Notes: a model not told the origin generated them from the letters alone. A stretch of DNA of 64,000 bases from Ignavibacteriota bacterium (GCA_963727825.1 CAVSHO010000009.1:384001-448000); one strand, 5' to 3'; counted from the stretch's first letter, positions 8,713 to 19,142 are shown. Numbers and translations: made by a program.

Positions 8713-10695
8713 TTAATATACTCTTACAATATTGCCGCCCGCCTCGATTGCTTTGCGAAGAACGCGATCTGCATTCTCCAACAATTCAACGTCAGACGCT
8801 TCTTCCAGGGCGCCGGCAACACCAACGCTGATTGTAATTGAAAAACTTTTATTTTCTATATTGAGAATGTTGCTGGCAACATTCTTACGGATTTTTTCCG
8901 CCCATAGCGAAGCCTCATTCGATGTCGTGTGAACAAGAACCACAACAAAACAATTGAAATCGAACCTACCGACAACATCGTATGGACGGATGGAAACTTT
9001 TACCATTCGGCTTACATTCTGCAGGATAAAATCAAACGCTTCCTTTCCATACCGCGTGATATGCTCATCCATCCGGTCGATGGAAATCATTACCAGCGAT
9101 AATTCATTTGAGAAATCATTAGCACGCTGTACTTCTTCTTGTAAGCGCCCTATAAAACTCTTACGTGTTGCTACGCCAGTGGTTTCATCAAGCGAGACGT
9201 AGTTATTCATAACATCTGTCAAACTAAGGATCTCAAGAGCCCAAGATGAAGTCTCGGTAAGCTTTTGAACAAGTTTTACATCAGCGTCGGAATAAGTCTT
9301 TGGGTCTTTGCTTTCGACCAACAGAGCACCATAACATCGACTCAACGAATTGAGCGGTATAATCATTAAGGCACCTTTCGAGTCGCATCGTTCTGCTTGA
9401 TAAAACCGCGGCATTGATGTCGTCGAAATTTCATCTATGATTTTGGGAATCCCCGCTTGAATCACACTGGCTACTATACTTTGCTGGGCGTCAAGTTCGC
9501 ACATCAGCGAAACATACGGATCGTTCATTCGATTCAAAAGATAATGAACAATCCATGATTTTCGGCTATCATCAAATAAGACCACCGCAACATAATCCCA
9601 CGGAATAAGTCTAGACACTTCTTCAGCAAGCGACCGCGTAATTGAATGAGCATCAAATTCCATGCTCAATTGTTCGCGTACACGATTGATCGATCTTAAA
9701 ACTTCAGAATCCAATAACAGATCATATTTTGAAGTATAACTGCGAATGAGTGTGGAAACCAATTTCGCTATTTGAGCGAGTGAAGTGATTGTTTCGTTAC
9801 CATAGGCATCGGCCTCTAAGCAATCCAATATAAGAACCGCAACCGGATCCTGTGATGCACCACTATAAAATATTGGAATGCCGACAAATGTTTTTACCGC
9901 TTCGATTGTTTCATAATACGGCAGAATATCACTTTGCCCCAGAGCATTTACATAGTTGACGATTTGTGGCCTTCCACTTATGGCAATTTGACTTACCAAA
10001 TCAGAACCGAAAGACAGTCGTCTGTTCTTCATGAATTGCGCGCTATCAGATAGATGGCTTTCAAGCACCAACTGCTGTTTTTCCCTATTTATCCAGAACA
10101 GGGCAACAGTATAAGCAAAATGCACATCCTTCACAACACTCAATAGGCGTTGGATCAGCGTATTAAATTCTGCACGAGGTCCATCCTCCGTTTGTCCGCT
10201 ACCGTCCGGAGCGTCAATGAATTCGTTCAAGTCAAATACCGTTGTCGTTGATATTTCTGATTCTGGGGCTTTTTTTTCCGAAGCCATACTGTCTCTTTCA
10301 AGGAGTACTGGTTGGGAAGATTCCGGCTCGTCGATAAAATCAATTTTGTATTGTTTGCCGGAAGCTTGATAATCATCAAAAACAAGTTTCTTCATTTGAT
10401 TGTCACGCTCCTCTTCTTCTGTGAGAGAATGACTACTTTCCTCTGCTTGTGCAGCAAGTCCTTTGCGTTTTCCTGTTCTCACAATCACATAAGCAATCGA
10501 TGCTCCGAAAAGTAGAAAGAGCATTATCTTCACAAACACGACTGAGAGAGCAAGTCCCCCTAAAAATGAAACGACGCCCACCATCACAATTAATTCTTCC
10601 GCAAACGTTAAACGATGCATTAAGGAAAAAATTGAGTTGAAACTTCGGGCGTCAGTCATTTCATCGATTATAGGACGTTTTATAGTTGCCCACAA
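8713..10695 (-). CDS. Membrane-anchored GAF-GAF protein with a degenerate GGDEF domain
   Basis: Two N-terminal hydrophobic helices, two GAF-like segments, D-x-x-T-G start of the GGDEF domain, signature reads RFDFNCF. Confidence 0.85.
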   Translation of the reverse strand: MWATIKRPIIDEMTDARSFNSIFSLMHRLTFAEELIVMVGVVSFLGGLALSVVFVKIMLFLLFGASIAYVIVRTGKRKGLAAQAEESSHSLTEEEERDNQMKKLVFDDYQASGKQYKIDFIDEPESSQPVLLERDSMASEKKAPESEISTTTVFDLNEFIDAPDGSGQTEDGPRAEFNTLIQRLLSVVKDVHFAYTVALFWINREKQQLVLESHLSDSAQFMKNRRLSFGSDLVSQIAISGRPQIVNYVNALGQSDILPYYETIEAVKTFVGIPIFYSGASQDPVAVLILDCLEADAYGNETITSLAQIAKLVSTLIRSYTSKYDLLLDSEVLRSINRVREQLSMEFDAHSITRSLAEEVSRLIPWDYVAVVLFDDSRKSWIVHYLLNRMNDPYVSLMCELDAQQSIVASVIQAGIPKIIDEISTTSMPRFYQAERCDSKGALMIIPLNSLSRCYGALLVESKDPKTYSDADVKLVQKLTETSSWALEILSLTDVMNNYVSLDETTGVATRKSFIGRLQEEVQRANDFSNELSLVMISIDRMDEHITRYGKEAFDFILQNVSRMVKVSIRPYDVVGRFDFNCFVVVLVHTTSNEASLWAEKIRKNVASNILNIENKSFSITISVGVAGALEEASDVELLENADRVLRKAIEAGGNIVRVY

Positions 10696-10890
10696 ATTGC
10701 ATTAAATTTACCTGTTTTGTGTCGAAAAGTCAATTAATCATATCAATATTAATAATTTCCATATTTTAAAACCTAACTAAATTTCTCGCTTTGATTTTAG
10801 AATTGCCTATGCTTGCAGCAGTATCTTTTTTTGCATAACTTTTTATAATTAAGTTATTTCTATCTCGTATCCAAGAATCGAAAGCTCTCA

Positions 10891-13404
10891 ATGAAAGCTG
10901 TCATCATGGCTGGAGGGTTTGGGACGCGATTGCGGCCGCTCACTAGCAACATTCCCAAACCGATGGTTCCAATGGTCAATAAACCCATTATGGAACATAT
11001 CGTTGAATTACTAAGAAATCATGGTATTATTGATATCGTTTCTACTCTCTTCTATCAACCTGATGCAATCACTGGCTATTTCGGCCATGGCGGCACCTTT
11101 GGCACAAAGATGCAATATCGGAAAGCGGAAGCCGATTATGGAACAGCAGGCAGTGTCCGCAATGCAAATGACTTCTTGGACGAGAGATTTTTAGTTATCA
11201 GTGGGGATGTTCTTACCGATTTCGACTTGACTGCAGCGATTCGTTTCCACGAAGAAAAAAAAGCGAAAGCTACAATGTTGCTAACGCGCGTTTCCAATCC
11301 GCTTCAATACGGCGTTGTTCTAACTAATGCAGACGGAAAAATAACGCGATTCCTTGAAAAACCTTCGTGGGGTGAAGTATTCAGCGATACAATCAACACT
11401 GGAATTTACATTCTTGAACCCGAAGTGCTGGATCTTGTACCCGAAAAGCAAGAATTTGACTTTGGAAAAAAACTTTTCCCACTTCTCTTGGATCGTGATC
11501 TTGGATTGTACGGCTTTATCGCCCAAGGATATTGGAAAGACATCGGCAGTTTAAATGAGTATCAAGATGCTCATATGGATGTTCTTCGAGGCGATGTAAA
11601 ACTTCAGATTGATGGAGTAAAAAAAGGAAATCTAACCGTTGGAGAAGGTACGACCATTGACGCAGAACCTCACCATCTCACAGGTACAAGCGTTATAGGG
11701 AAGAACTGCCATATCCATAACGGCGCAGTAATTAGTAATGCTATCATCGGCGACAATTGTGAAATCTTCCCCGGTGTCGTTATCCGAAATTCCATCATTT
11801 GGAAAAATTGCAAAATTGGTGCTCGTTCTGAATTGACGCTTGACGTAGTTGGAAACGACTGTATCATTAATGATGATGTAGTAATTCTCGAAAATGTTTT
11901 TATCGGTGATTCATGCACAATAGGCAAACGGAGTAAGCTTCTTTCCAACATTAAGATTTGGCCAGAAAAGGATATCGAAGATGGCTCCATCGTAACCAGG
12001 AGTTTGGTATGGGAAGATCGATGGTTGCGTGAATTGTTTACCGATGCACGTATCAGTGGTATTTCCAACCTTGAGATCAGTCCGGAATTTGGGGCCAAAT
12101 TAGGAGCGGCGTTCGGTGCTTTTGTTGGTTTAGGTTCAACGGTAGTTACCAGCCGCGATGCCGATAATGTCTCCCGTATGATAAACCGTGCAATTATGTC
12201 CGGCATCATGTCCGCCGGCGTTCATTGCATAGATTTGCGTACGACTTCAATTCCAATAGTCCGGCACGAATTGCGAACCGGAAAAGAACGTGGCGGGTTT
12301 CACGTTCGCAAATCTCCATTCGATAAAAACAGCACGGACATTATTTTCTTTGATGCACAAGGCAAGGATTTGCCATCAAGTAAAACGAAATCGATAGAGC
12401 GCCTTTTCTTCGGCGAAGATTTTAGCCGTGCACACCACGATCAAGTCGGTTCTATCTCTTTCCCGGAACGCACGACGGAAAGTTACATCCAACGTTTTTT
12501 AGAAACGCTTGACACAGAGGCAATCCATTCTTCAAAACTTAAATTGGTGATCGATTACTCTAATGGGATATCTTCCACAATCTTCCCAAACATCCTTGGT
12601 AATTTAGATGTGCAGGTTGTAGCGCTAAACGCATATTTGGATAGCCGTAAGAATACACGGACAAAAGAAGAGCTCGATGCTTCGCTTCGGCAGCTTGCAT
12701 ACGTGGTCACTTCATTAAAATATGACATAGGTTGTATGCTAGATGCCGGGGCAGAAAAAATGTTTATCATTGATGAACATGGCTCCATCATCGACAGTGA
12801 CCGTTTACTGACACTGATGTTGAAGTTTTACGCACTTACTGAAAAAAATGCGTCAAAAATTGCAGTACCGATTTCAGCAAGCGGCGAAGTGGATATCATC
12901 GCTGCAGAATTCAATTTGCGGGTTTTAAAAACGCGGGACAACCATCTTGCAATGATGGACGCTGCAACTGACAAACAGAATAAATTCGTGGGAGGCACAA
13001 AAGGAGGATTCATTTTCAATGATTTTCTATTTGCCTGCGATGCAATGTATTCAATAACGAAACTGCTTGAATGCATCGCCAAAACGAAAAAGCGGATTGG
13101 CGAACTCGACAACGAAACTCCTCGGCTCCATTTTGTCAAAAAGAACATATCATGCCCTTGGCATGTGAAGGGGCAAATTATGCGAAAGCTGACTGAGGAG
13201 TCAGAGGGAATTCCGCGTGATTTGATTGAGGGAATAAAGCTGTATCCCGTTGACATTGGCAGACATACTTCTATCCTTTTATCCCCCGATCGCGCACGTC
13301 CTATATTCCATATTAACGCGGAATCTGTTGATATTGCTGTGGCACAACGGATTGCAAATGAATACGAATCAAAAATAATAAAATGGATCGACGGTGAGCC
13401 ATAG
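10891..13404 (+). CDS. Mannose-1-phosphate guanylyltransferase / phosphomannomutase-like fusion
   Basis: MKAVIMAGGFGTRLRPLT, hexapeptide beta-helix repeats, PMM-like C-terminal half. Confidence 0.9.
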   Translation: MKAVIMAGGFGTRLRPLTSNIPKPMVPMVNKPIMEHIVELLRNHGIIDIVSTLFYQPDAITGYFGHGGTFGTKMQYRKAEADYGTAGSVRNANDFLDERFLVISGDVLTDFDLTAAIRFHEEKKAKATMLLTRVSNPLQYGVVLTNADGKITRFLEKPSWGEVFSDTINTGIYILEPEVLDLVPEKQEFDFGKKLFPLLLDRDLGLYGFIAQGYWKDIGSLNEYQDAHMDVLRGDVKLQIDGVKKGNLTVGEGTTIDAEPHHLTGTSVIGKNCHIHNGAVISNAIIGDNCEIFPGVVIRNSIIWKNCKIGARSELTLDVVGNDCIINDDVVILENVFIGDSCTIGKRSKLLSNIKIWPEKDIEDGSIVTRSLVWEDRWLRELFTDARISGISNLEISPEFGAKLGAAFGAFVGLGSTVVTSRDADNVSRMINRAIMSGIMSAGVHCIDLRTTSIPIVRHELRTGKERGGFHVRKSPFDKNSTDIIFFDAQGKDLPSSKTKSIERLFFGEDFSRAHHDQVGSISFPERTTESYIQRFLETLDTEAIHSSKLKLVIDYSNGISSTIFPNILGNLDVQVVALNAYLDSRKNTRTKEELDASLRQLAYVVTSLKYDIGCMLDAGAEKMFIIDEHGSIIDSDRLLTLMLKFYALTEKNASKIAVPISASGEVDIIAAEFNLRVLKTRDNHLAMMDAATDKQNKFVGGTKGGFIFNDFLFACDAMYSITKLLECIAKTKKRIGELDNETPRLHFVKKNISCPWHVKGQIMRKLTEESEGIPRDLIEGIKLYPVDIGRHTSILLSPDRARPIFHINAESVDIAVAQRIANEYESKIIKWIDGEP

Positions 13405-13518
13405 TAGGAGTTGTAAATTTATTTGTATTTTGAAAGAAATTCTGCAATCTTTGATATGAATGCCGAGAGAGGTGGAGATCAACTCATCCCTTGCGGATCT
13501 GTAAATTTGGAGATATGA

Positions 13519-13989
13519 ATGAAGATTACCGATATTTTAAATGAAGCGGTCGTGCGAACTAATCTTCCTGGCGGCACAAAGGAAGAAGTAATTAATGCGA
13601 TGATCGAACTGGCCGGCACTCAAAAGCAGGTTGCCGACAAGGAGCGTATGCGTACGGCAATTTTTGAACGAGAAAAAATCATGTCCACCGGTGTTGGTTC
13701 TGGGTTCGCGATCCCGCATGGTAAAACAGATGCTGTCAATGACATTGTTGCAGCTTTCGCAGTTACCACAAAACCCATCGATTATCAGTCGCTTGACGAT
13801 CAACCGGTACGGTTAGTGTTTCTTCTTGTAGGTCGCGACAATATGGTCGGCCCTCACATCAAGCTCCTTAGCCGCATTTCACGTCTGATGAATAAGGAAG
13901 ATTTCCGAAAACGCCTCCTTGAAGCAGAAACTTCAAAAGATATTCTAGAAATTTTTCGTCAGGAAGAGGCAACTATTTCCGAAGGATAA
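13519..13989 (+). CDS. PTS EIIA type-2 (PtsN/fructose-mannitol family) protein
   Basis: REKIMSTGVGSGFAIPHG phospho-His motif; HIKLLSRISR. Confidence 0.92.
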   Translation: MKITDILNEAVVRTNLPGGTKEEVINAMIELAGTQKQVADKERMRTAIFEREKIMSTGVGSGFAIPHGKTDAVNDIVAAFAVTTKPIDYQSLDDQPVRLVFLLVGRDNMVGPHIKLLSRISRLMNKEDFRKRLLEAETSKDILEIFRQEEATISEG

Positions 13990-14068
13990 ATTCATCAACC
14001 GTGTTTCCACGCTTTATACTGATGTCCTGCTTTTCGATTTACATTGACATTGCAAGAAGGGCTGTATC

Positions 14069-15316
14069 GTGAAATTCCGTTCAATTAAAGGCACTAAAGA
14101 TATTCTGCCAGAAGAAACTGCCGGCTGGCAACATGTAGAATCTGTAATCCACCGCGTGATGCAGAACTTCAATTATCAGGAAATCCGCACACCCGCTTTT
14201 GAACAAACGGGACTGTTCGCCCGCAGCATCGGTGAACTGACCGATATTGTGAGCAAGGAAATGTACACTTTTCTTGATCGTAGCGAAGAAAGTATCACGC
14301 TTCGCCCCGAAGGGACTGCTGCTACACTTCGGGCATACATCCAAAATAACCTTGGTGAACAGTCACCGCTTACAAAAGTGTATTACATAGGACCAATGTT
14401 TCGCCAGGAACGCCCACAAGCTGGACGACTGCGGCAATTTCACCAGTTTGGCGCGGAAGCGCTCGGTGCATCATCACCGCAGCTTGATGTGGAGATGATG
14501 GTGCTGCCGCTTGAAATTTACAAACAGCTTGGCATCATTCACTTTGCACTGAAAATTAATTCGGTTGGATGCGAAAAGTGCCGGCCTCCGTACAAACAAC
14601 TTCTCCAAAAAGAATTACGGAAAATATTTGCACAACTCTCTCACGATAGCCAGATACGCGTAGACCAAAATCCGCTCCGCGTGCTCGATTCCAAGGATGA
14701 GAAAGACAGGAAACTGACTGCCGGAATGCCGCTGATGAATGAACATTTATGCGAAGAATGTGCGGCGCATTTTGCGTCGGTCCGCTCGCTCCTCGATGCG
14801 CTTAAAATTTCTTATGAGGTTGACGGGCGGCTCGTTCGCGGATTAGATTATTATACAAAGACAGCATTCGAAATCACAAGTACCGCACTTGGTTCGCAAG
14901 ATGCACTCGCCGGTGGCGGCAGATACGATTTGCTGGTCGAAGAACTCGGCGGGAAACAAACACCGGGTGTGGGATTCGCTGCCGGCATCGAGCGACTGCT
15001 GATTGTACTTACTAAACTCGACAAGAGTAAAATCATTTCATCTACTCCGGTTATCTATTTCGTTGGATTAGATGAAACTGCGCGTATCTGGGCCTTTCTG
15101 AAAACAAATGAGTTACGGCGCCAAGGTATCTGCACAGAAGTTGATTATTTGGGCAGAAGTGTCAAATCTCAAATGAGGGAAGCTAATCGCCAGAAGGCAC
15201 AGTATGTAGTTGTGGTTGGAGAACAGGAAATGAAAACAAAGACTGCCAAACTGAAAAACATGCACACCGGCGAAGAGACTACTATCTCTCTCGAAAAGAT
15301 CGAGATACCCTCTTGA
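14069..15316 (+). CDS. hisS: Histidine-tRNA ligase
   Basis: LRPEGTA, FRQERPQAGRLRQFHQ, RGLDYY, GGGRYD. Confidence 0.97.
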   Translation: MKFRSIKGTKDILPEETAGWQHVESVIHRVMQNFNYQEIRTPAFEQTGLFARSIGELTDIVSKEMYTFLDRSEESITLRPEGTAATLRAYIQNNLGEQSPLTKVYYIGPMFRQERPQAGRLRQFHQFGAEALGASSPQLDVEMMVLPLEIYKQLGIIHFALKINSVGCEKCRPPYKQLLQKELRKIFAQLSHDSQIRVDQNPLRVLDSKDEKDRKLTAGMPLMNEHLCEECAAHFASVRSLLDALKISYEVDGRLVRGLDYYTKTAFEITSTALGSQDALAGGGRYDLLVEELGGKQTPGVGFAAGIERLLIVLTKLDKSKIISSTPVIYFVGLDETARIWAFLKTNELRRQGICTEVDYLGRSVKSQMREANRQKAQYVVVVGEQEMKTKTAKLKNMHTGEETTISLEKIEIPS

Positions 15317-15720
15317 TTATGACAAATAAAAGAAAACGCAATCCAGATTACACGCTTAATATTTTTCACCACTATGACGAGAAGACAAAGCGAAACGTTG
15401 TAGTGTTTCTGGTGCAAACCACAAAAATTTTTGTCAGCTTCCGGTATGAGATTCTGTTAGATCACGAACTTGTCGGTAACCAAATCAATTTGCGAATTAC
15501 AGGTCTGCACATCCCAGAACTGTTAATGCCGCAGACCGGGCCTGCGCAAGGACGATGTGATTATACAAATCTGGATGGATTATACAAAATAAAAATAACT
15601 AAACAGGACAAGACAGTAAATGAATTTTCAATGCAAATTTCACCAACAAAGATCGACATCGTACACAAGCAGAGATCTTCGTTTATTCTTGTCTCTAGCG
15701 ATCCTGTAAATCTTTCATAA
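15313..15720 (+). CDS. Hypothetical protein
   Basis: 135 aa ORF abutting hisS in the operon. Confidence 0.7.
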   Translation: MIMTNKRKRNPDYTLNIFHHYDEKTKRNVVVFLVQTTKIFVSFRYEILLDHELVGNQINLRITGLHIPELLMPQTGPAQGRCDYTNLDGLYKIKITKQDKTVNEFSMQISPTKIDIVHKQRSSFILVSSDPVNLS

Positions 15721-15784
15721 CCATTTTTCATTTATTTTCTTTTAACTTTTTACTTATCACTTTTAACCTTTCATTTGAGTAACT

Positions 15785-16600
15785 ATGTGCCCTCGACTTT
15801 TCCAAATTGGACCATTCACCGTGTATGGCTATGGATTAATGCTTGCCCTCGGTTTCCTTGCAGGCAGTTATCTGCTTGTCAGTGAATTCAAGCGCCGTAA
15901 AATAGACCCAAACATTGCAAATAATGTCACACTCATTGCACTCGTCGCGGGGGTTGTTGGCTCCAAGATCCTCTATCTATTTGAAAATTGGTCTTCTTTT
16001 ATCGCTGATCCTATCGGTATGACATTCAATCCCGGCGGACTGACTTTCTACGGTGGATTTCTGCTTGCCACATTTTCTATTTATGTGTACGGAAGAAGAA
16101 AAGGAATTACATTTCTCACGATCTGTGATGCAATTGCCCCTGGTTTGATGCTCGGTTACGGTATAGGGCGTCTTGGCTGTCACCTTGCCGGTGATGGCGA
16201 TTACGGTTTCCCGACGACACTCCCGTGGGGTACAGATTATTCCAATGGAACTTATCCGCCGTCAGTTGCATTCAGAGATTTTCCGGAAATTACAAGCCGA
16301 TTTCCCGGCGGCATTGTTCCCAATAACATTCCGTGTCATCCAACGCCAGTGTACGAATTCATTATCTGTGCTTTAATGTGCTGGTTTCTCTGGCGCATGC
16401 GGAAGAAAGTAACACCCGCCGGAAAGCTATTTATGATTTACTTGACGTTAGCAGGAATTGAACGATTCGCAATTGAATTTCTGCGTCTAAATCCGAGAAT
16501 AGTTTTAGGCTTGAGCGAAGCACAGATTATTGCATTGGCTTTAATTGCTATTGGATTATTCGGTTGGTGGAGGTTCACAAAAACATTGACAATAAAATAG
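15785..16600 (+). CDS. lgt: Prolipoprotein diacylglyceryl transferase
   Basis: YGYGLM, GGLTFYGG, GRLGC, HPTPVYE, RFAIEFLR. Confidence 0.95.
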   Translation: MCPRLFQIGPFTVYGYGLMLALGFLAGSYLLVSEFKRRKIDPNIANNVTLIALVAGVVGSKILYLFENWSSFIADPIGMTFNPGGLTFYGGFLLATFSIYVYGRRKGITFLTICDAIAPGLMLGYGIGRLGCHLAGDGDYGFPTTLPWGTDYSNGTYPPSVAFRDFPEITSRFPGGIVPNNIPCHPTPVYEFIICALMCWFLWRMRKKVTPAGKLFMIYLTLAGIERFAIEFLRLNPRIVLGLSEAQIIALALIAIGLFGWWRFTKTLTIK

Positions 16601-16700
16601 TACTGCTTCAAGAAGATCACTATTTGTTTGCGTCCAAGAATATTCAAATTGGAAACTAGCACCATCCCTCAATAATACAATTAATAGAAGTGGCATTAGC

Positions 16701-17456
16701 ATGGACAACCTTATCATCGGCAGACAACCGGTACTGGAAGCGCTCAAATCACGCCAGCCAATCGAACGAATTTTAATTCTCCATGGCACAGCCGGTAGCC
16801 ACATTGATCAGGCAAAACAACTTGCACGAAAACTTGCTATTCCTGTAAAAGAAACAGACAAAGAACGCTTTATCGAATTAGCCGGCAGTACATTAACGCA
16901 GGGTATTATCGCAATCATTGACTCATACCGTTACGCAGAGATTGAGGAAATTCTTGCCGTCGCTAAACAGAAAAATGAACCGCCGTTTATTCTCATACTC
17001 GATGAAATTGAAGATCCGCACAATCTTGGCGCGCTTATTCGCTCTGCAGAATGTGCTGGTATGCATGGTATTATCATTCCGCTTCATAACGCCGCATCGG
17101 TCAATTCTACTGTTGTAAAAACATCAGCCGGAGCAACTGCACATCTTCCAATTTCGCGCGTTACCAATATCGTTCAAACAATAGATGAGCTGAAAAGAGC
17201 CGGAGTATGGATTGTTGGAACCGAAATGGAAAGCGATAAACTTTACTACGAACACGACTATCGCGGTTCGCTTGCTATCGTCATCGGGAATGAAGGAAAT
17301 GGTATTCGTCGGTTAGTCAAAGAGAAATGCGATTTTTTAGTCAAGATTCCGATGCATGGAAAGATTGAATCGCTCAATGCATCTGTGGCAGGAGCGCTGG
17401 TGATGTTTGAGGCGGCTAAGAGCAGGATGCGTAAATCAGTTAAGGAAAATCTGTAG
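16701..17456 (+). CDS. rlmB: 23S rRNA Gm2251 2'-O-methyltransferase (SpoU family)
   Basis: DPHNLGALIRSA, GNEGNG, IPMHG..ESLNASVA. Confidence 0.95.
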   Translation: MDNLIIGRQPVLEALKSRQPIERILILHGTAGSHIDQAKQLARKLAIPVKETDKERFIELAGSTLTQGIIAIIDSYRYAEIEEILAVAKQKNEPPFILILDEIEDPHNLGALIRSAECAGMHGIIIPLHNAASVNSTVVKTSAGATAHLPISRVTNIVQTIDELKRAGVWIVGTEMESDKLYYEHDYRGSLAIVIGNEGNGIRRLVKEKCDFLVKIPMHGKIESLNASVAGALVMFEAAKSRMRKSVKENL

Positions 17457-17588
17457 ATAGAAAAGATTAGCTTGTATATTTGTAATATAATTTTCAAGAC
17501 GGCAACAGGATAGAACATCTTCAACAAACTTTTACACCTCTGTGTAATTTCTTGATAAACCAGCCGACATATTCACCAAAAAAGCATC

Positions 17589-17617
17589 TTGACTAGGCAT
17601 CAAAATGGTTGTATATT
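17589..17617 (+). promoter_or_regulatory. Sigma-70 promoter for the tRNA locus
   Basis: TTGACT-17 nt-TATATT ending 15 nt before the first tRNA-like copy. Confidence 0.75.
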
Positions 17618-17631
17618 AAATGACAAAAGAT

Positions 17632-17688
17632 CGCGGGGTGGAGTCCCGATAATTAAAATTATCGGGAGTAGCTCGTTGGGCTCATAAC
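17632..17688 (+). pseudogene. 5' half of a tRNA-fMet with its D-loop replaced by a palindrome
   Basis: CGCGGGGTGGAG-[TCCCGATAATTAAAATTATCGGGA]-GTAGCTCGTTGGGCTCATAAC; no T-arm or 3' acceptor strand follows. Confidence 0.85.
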
Positions 17689-17723
17689 GCACGAGAGATA
17701 ACTAATTCGCATTGGTATATGAT

Positions 17724-17796
<73 letters not shown>

Positions 17797-17811
17797 CTTA
17801 GTCCAAAGAAG

Positions 17812-17846
17812 AATCCTCATCAATGAAAATTGGTGAGGATTTTTTT
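17812..17846 (+). terminator. Intrinsic terminator after the tRNA
   Basis: AATCCTCATCAAT-GAAA-ATTGGTGAGGATT followed by a T tract. Confidence 0.9.
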
Positions 17847-17910
17847 GTTTATGTGCAAAACTTTGATGTGCTTTTATTGTTTTTAATACCGGCGCTCATT
17901 CGGTCACCTT

Positions 17911-17940
17911 GCCTGTCTGCCGCTCCCCTAATCGGGAGCG
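17911..17940. repeat. Composite small palindromic repeat
   Basis: GCCTGTCTGC followed by hairpin CGCTCCC-CTAATC-GGGAGCG. Confidence 0.55.
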
Positions 17941-18049
17941 CCTCGTATATAATGAACTCGATTTTCATTTAATGTAAAGAAGATCTGATCAGTTTATTGA
18001 AAAAGAAGTGTAAAATAAAAAATGTCGTGTGTGCAGATTTTTGGTAAAG

Positions 18050-18493
18050 CTAGGAAGCGGAGAGTTGATATGGATAAACATACACATTAACAACCTGACA
18101 TCTATAATATGGAGATGTTAGAACTTTTTTGATGACCGCAATTTGTTTCGCTGTAACGCCTCCAAATTTTCCAGTCACAGTTACTCGCGCTTCATCAGAG
18201 GAAAGACCACTTAGATTTCTTTCAACAATATATGATGCAGTATCACCACCTGCCAGCACTAAATTATTGACTTTCACTGGGTTGCTTAACCCGCCCGCCC
18301 ACAACGACGTATCTCTCATATTGTAGATAGCATCATTTAGACCGGCAGTTGTGATCATACACGCTTCTGTGTAATAACTTCTTTGATTTCCTACCTGTAT
18401 GATCCTGTTGTTGTTTCCTTGGATCATGAAAGCATAGAAACCAAATACAACACTAAACCCAATTACTAATACAACTTTTACACTCCCATTCAC
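18050..18493 (-). CDS. Hypothetical protein with an N-terminal membrane helix (minor-pilin/PilX-like layout)
   Basis: Hydrophobic N-terminus, an amphipathic helix, then beta-rich VTVTGKFGG; AAAGGA RBS. Confidence 0.65.
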   Translation of the reverse strand: MNGSVKVVLVIGFSVVFGFYAFMIQGNNNRIIQVGNQRSYYTEACMITTAGLNDAIYNMRDTSLWAGGLSNPVKVNNLVLAGGDTASYIVERNLSGLSSDEARVTVTGKFGGVTAKQIAVIKKVLTSPYYRCQVVNVYVYPYQLSAS

Positions 18494-18689
18494 GCTGATT
18501 TATCCTTTAATGTCCTGCAATATTCTTATTGCTTGATTTCTTATGTATAATATGTTCTTTCGCCTCCACATATGCAATCGGGGTTCTCCCCTATTTTGTT
18601 TCTTGGGTGTTTCCACTTAGGAAATGGCGGACAATTTAATTTAGAAGAGTCACAAGTCCCCACAATCTCAATGCAGTCGGCGCAACGTC

Positions 18690-18850
18690 GAAGCTTAATA
18701 TATAACTTAGTATAGTCAGCAAAAGTTCCCTGATAGTTTCCAATCATAACTTTTGCGCTGCCTTTTTTAGGTAGGTATTAGCATTATATGGGTTTAAATC
18801 GATTCCAACGGTGAGATCTACAAAAGCTCCTGGATAATCTCATAGTTCAT
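18690..18850 (-). pseudogene. TPR-repeat gene relic
   Basis: EL*DYPGAFVDLTVGIDLNPYNANTYL / GSAKVMIGNYQGTFADYTK across one stop and one frameshift matches the TPR consensus. Confidence 0.65.
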
Positions 18851-19074
18851 ACTTACTATTTGCGCTCTTAATCCAATCATTCGCGTTTTTAATTTATCTT
18901 CCAAGTATAAGTTTATTTCAAAGCGAACTAAGTGATCAGCGCTTCGCCAAGAAGACAGCGGACAAGCAAGCAGCGGCATGACCAATTATTGTAATGCATC
19001 CAAGGAAACGGGTTCACGCTACCAACTGAATTATTAAACACCATACCTCTACTCGCAATGTAAATTGCTCTTAC

Positions 19075-19095
19075 GCCTGCCTACACGGGGCAGGC
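19075..19095. repeat. Small palindromic repeat
   Basis: GCCTGCC-TACACGG-GGCAGGC. Confidence 0.65.
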
Positions 19096-19142
19096 TCATC
19101 TGATAAGTTTGTTACGAAGTGACCACTTCTCACAAAGTGATA

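Noticed and set aside
18541-18747. Cys-rich 68 aa ORF as a RiPP or metal-binding peptide
   Set aside because: Its first ~20 residues are the tail of a TPR relic; the rest looks like read-through and no modifying enzymes are nearby
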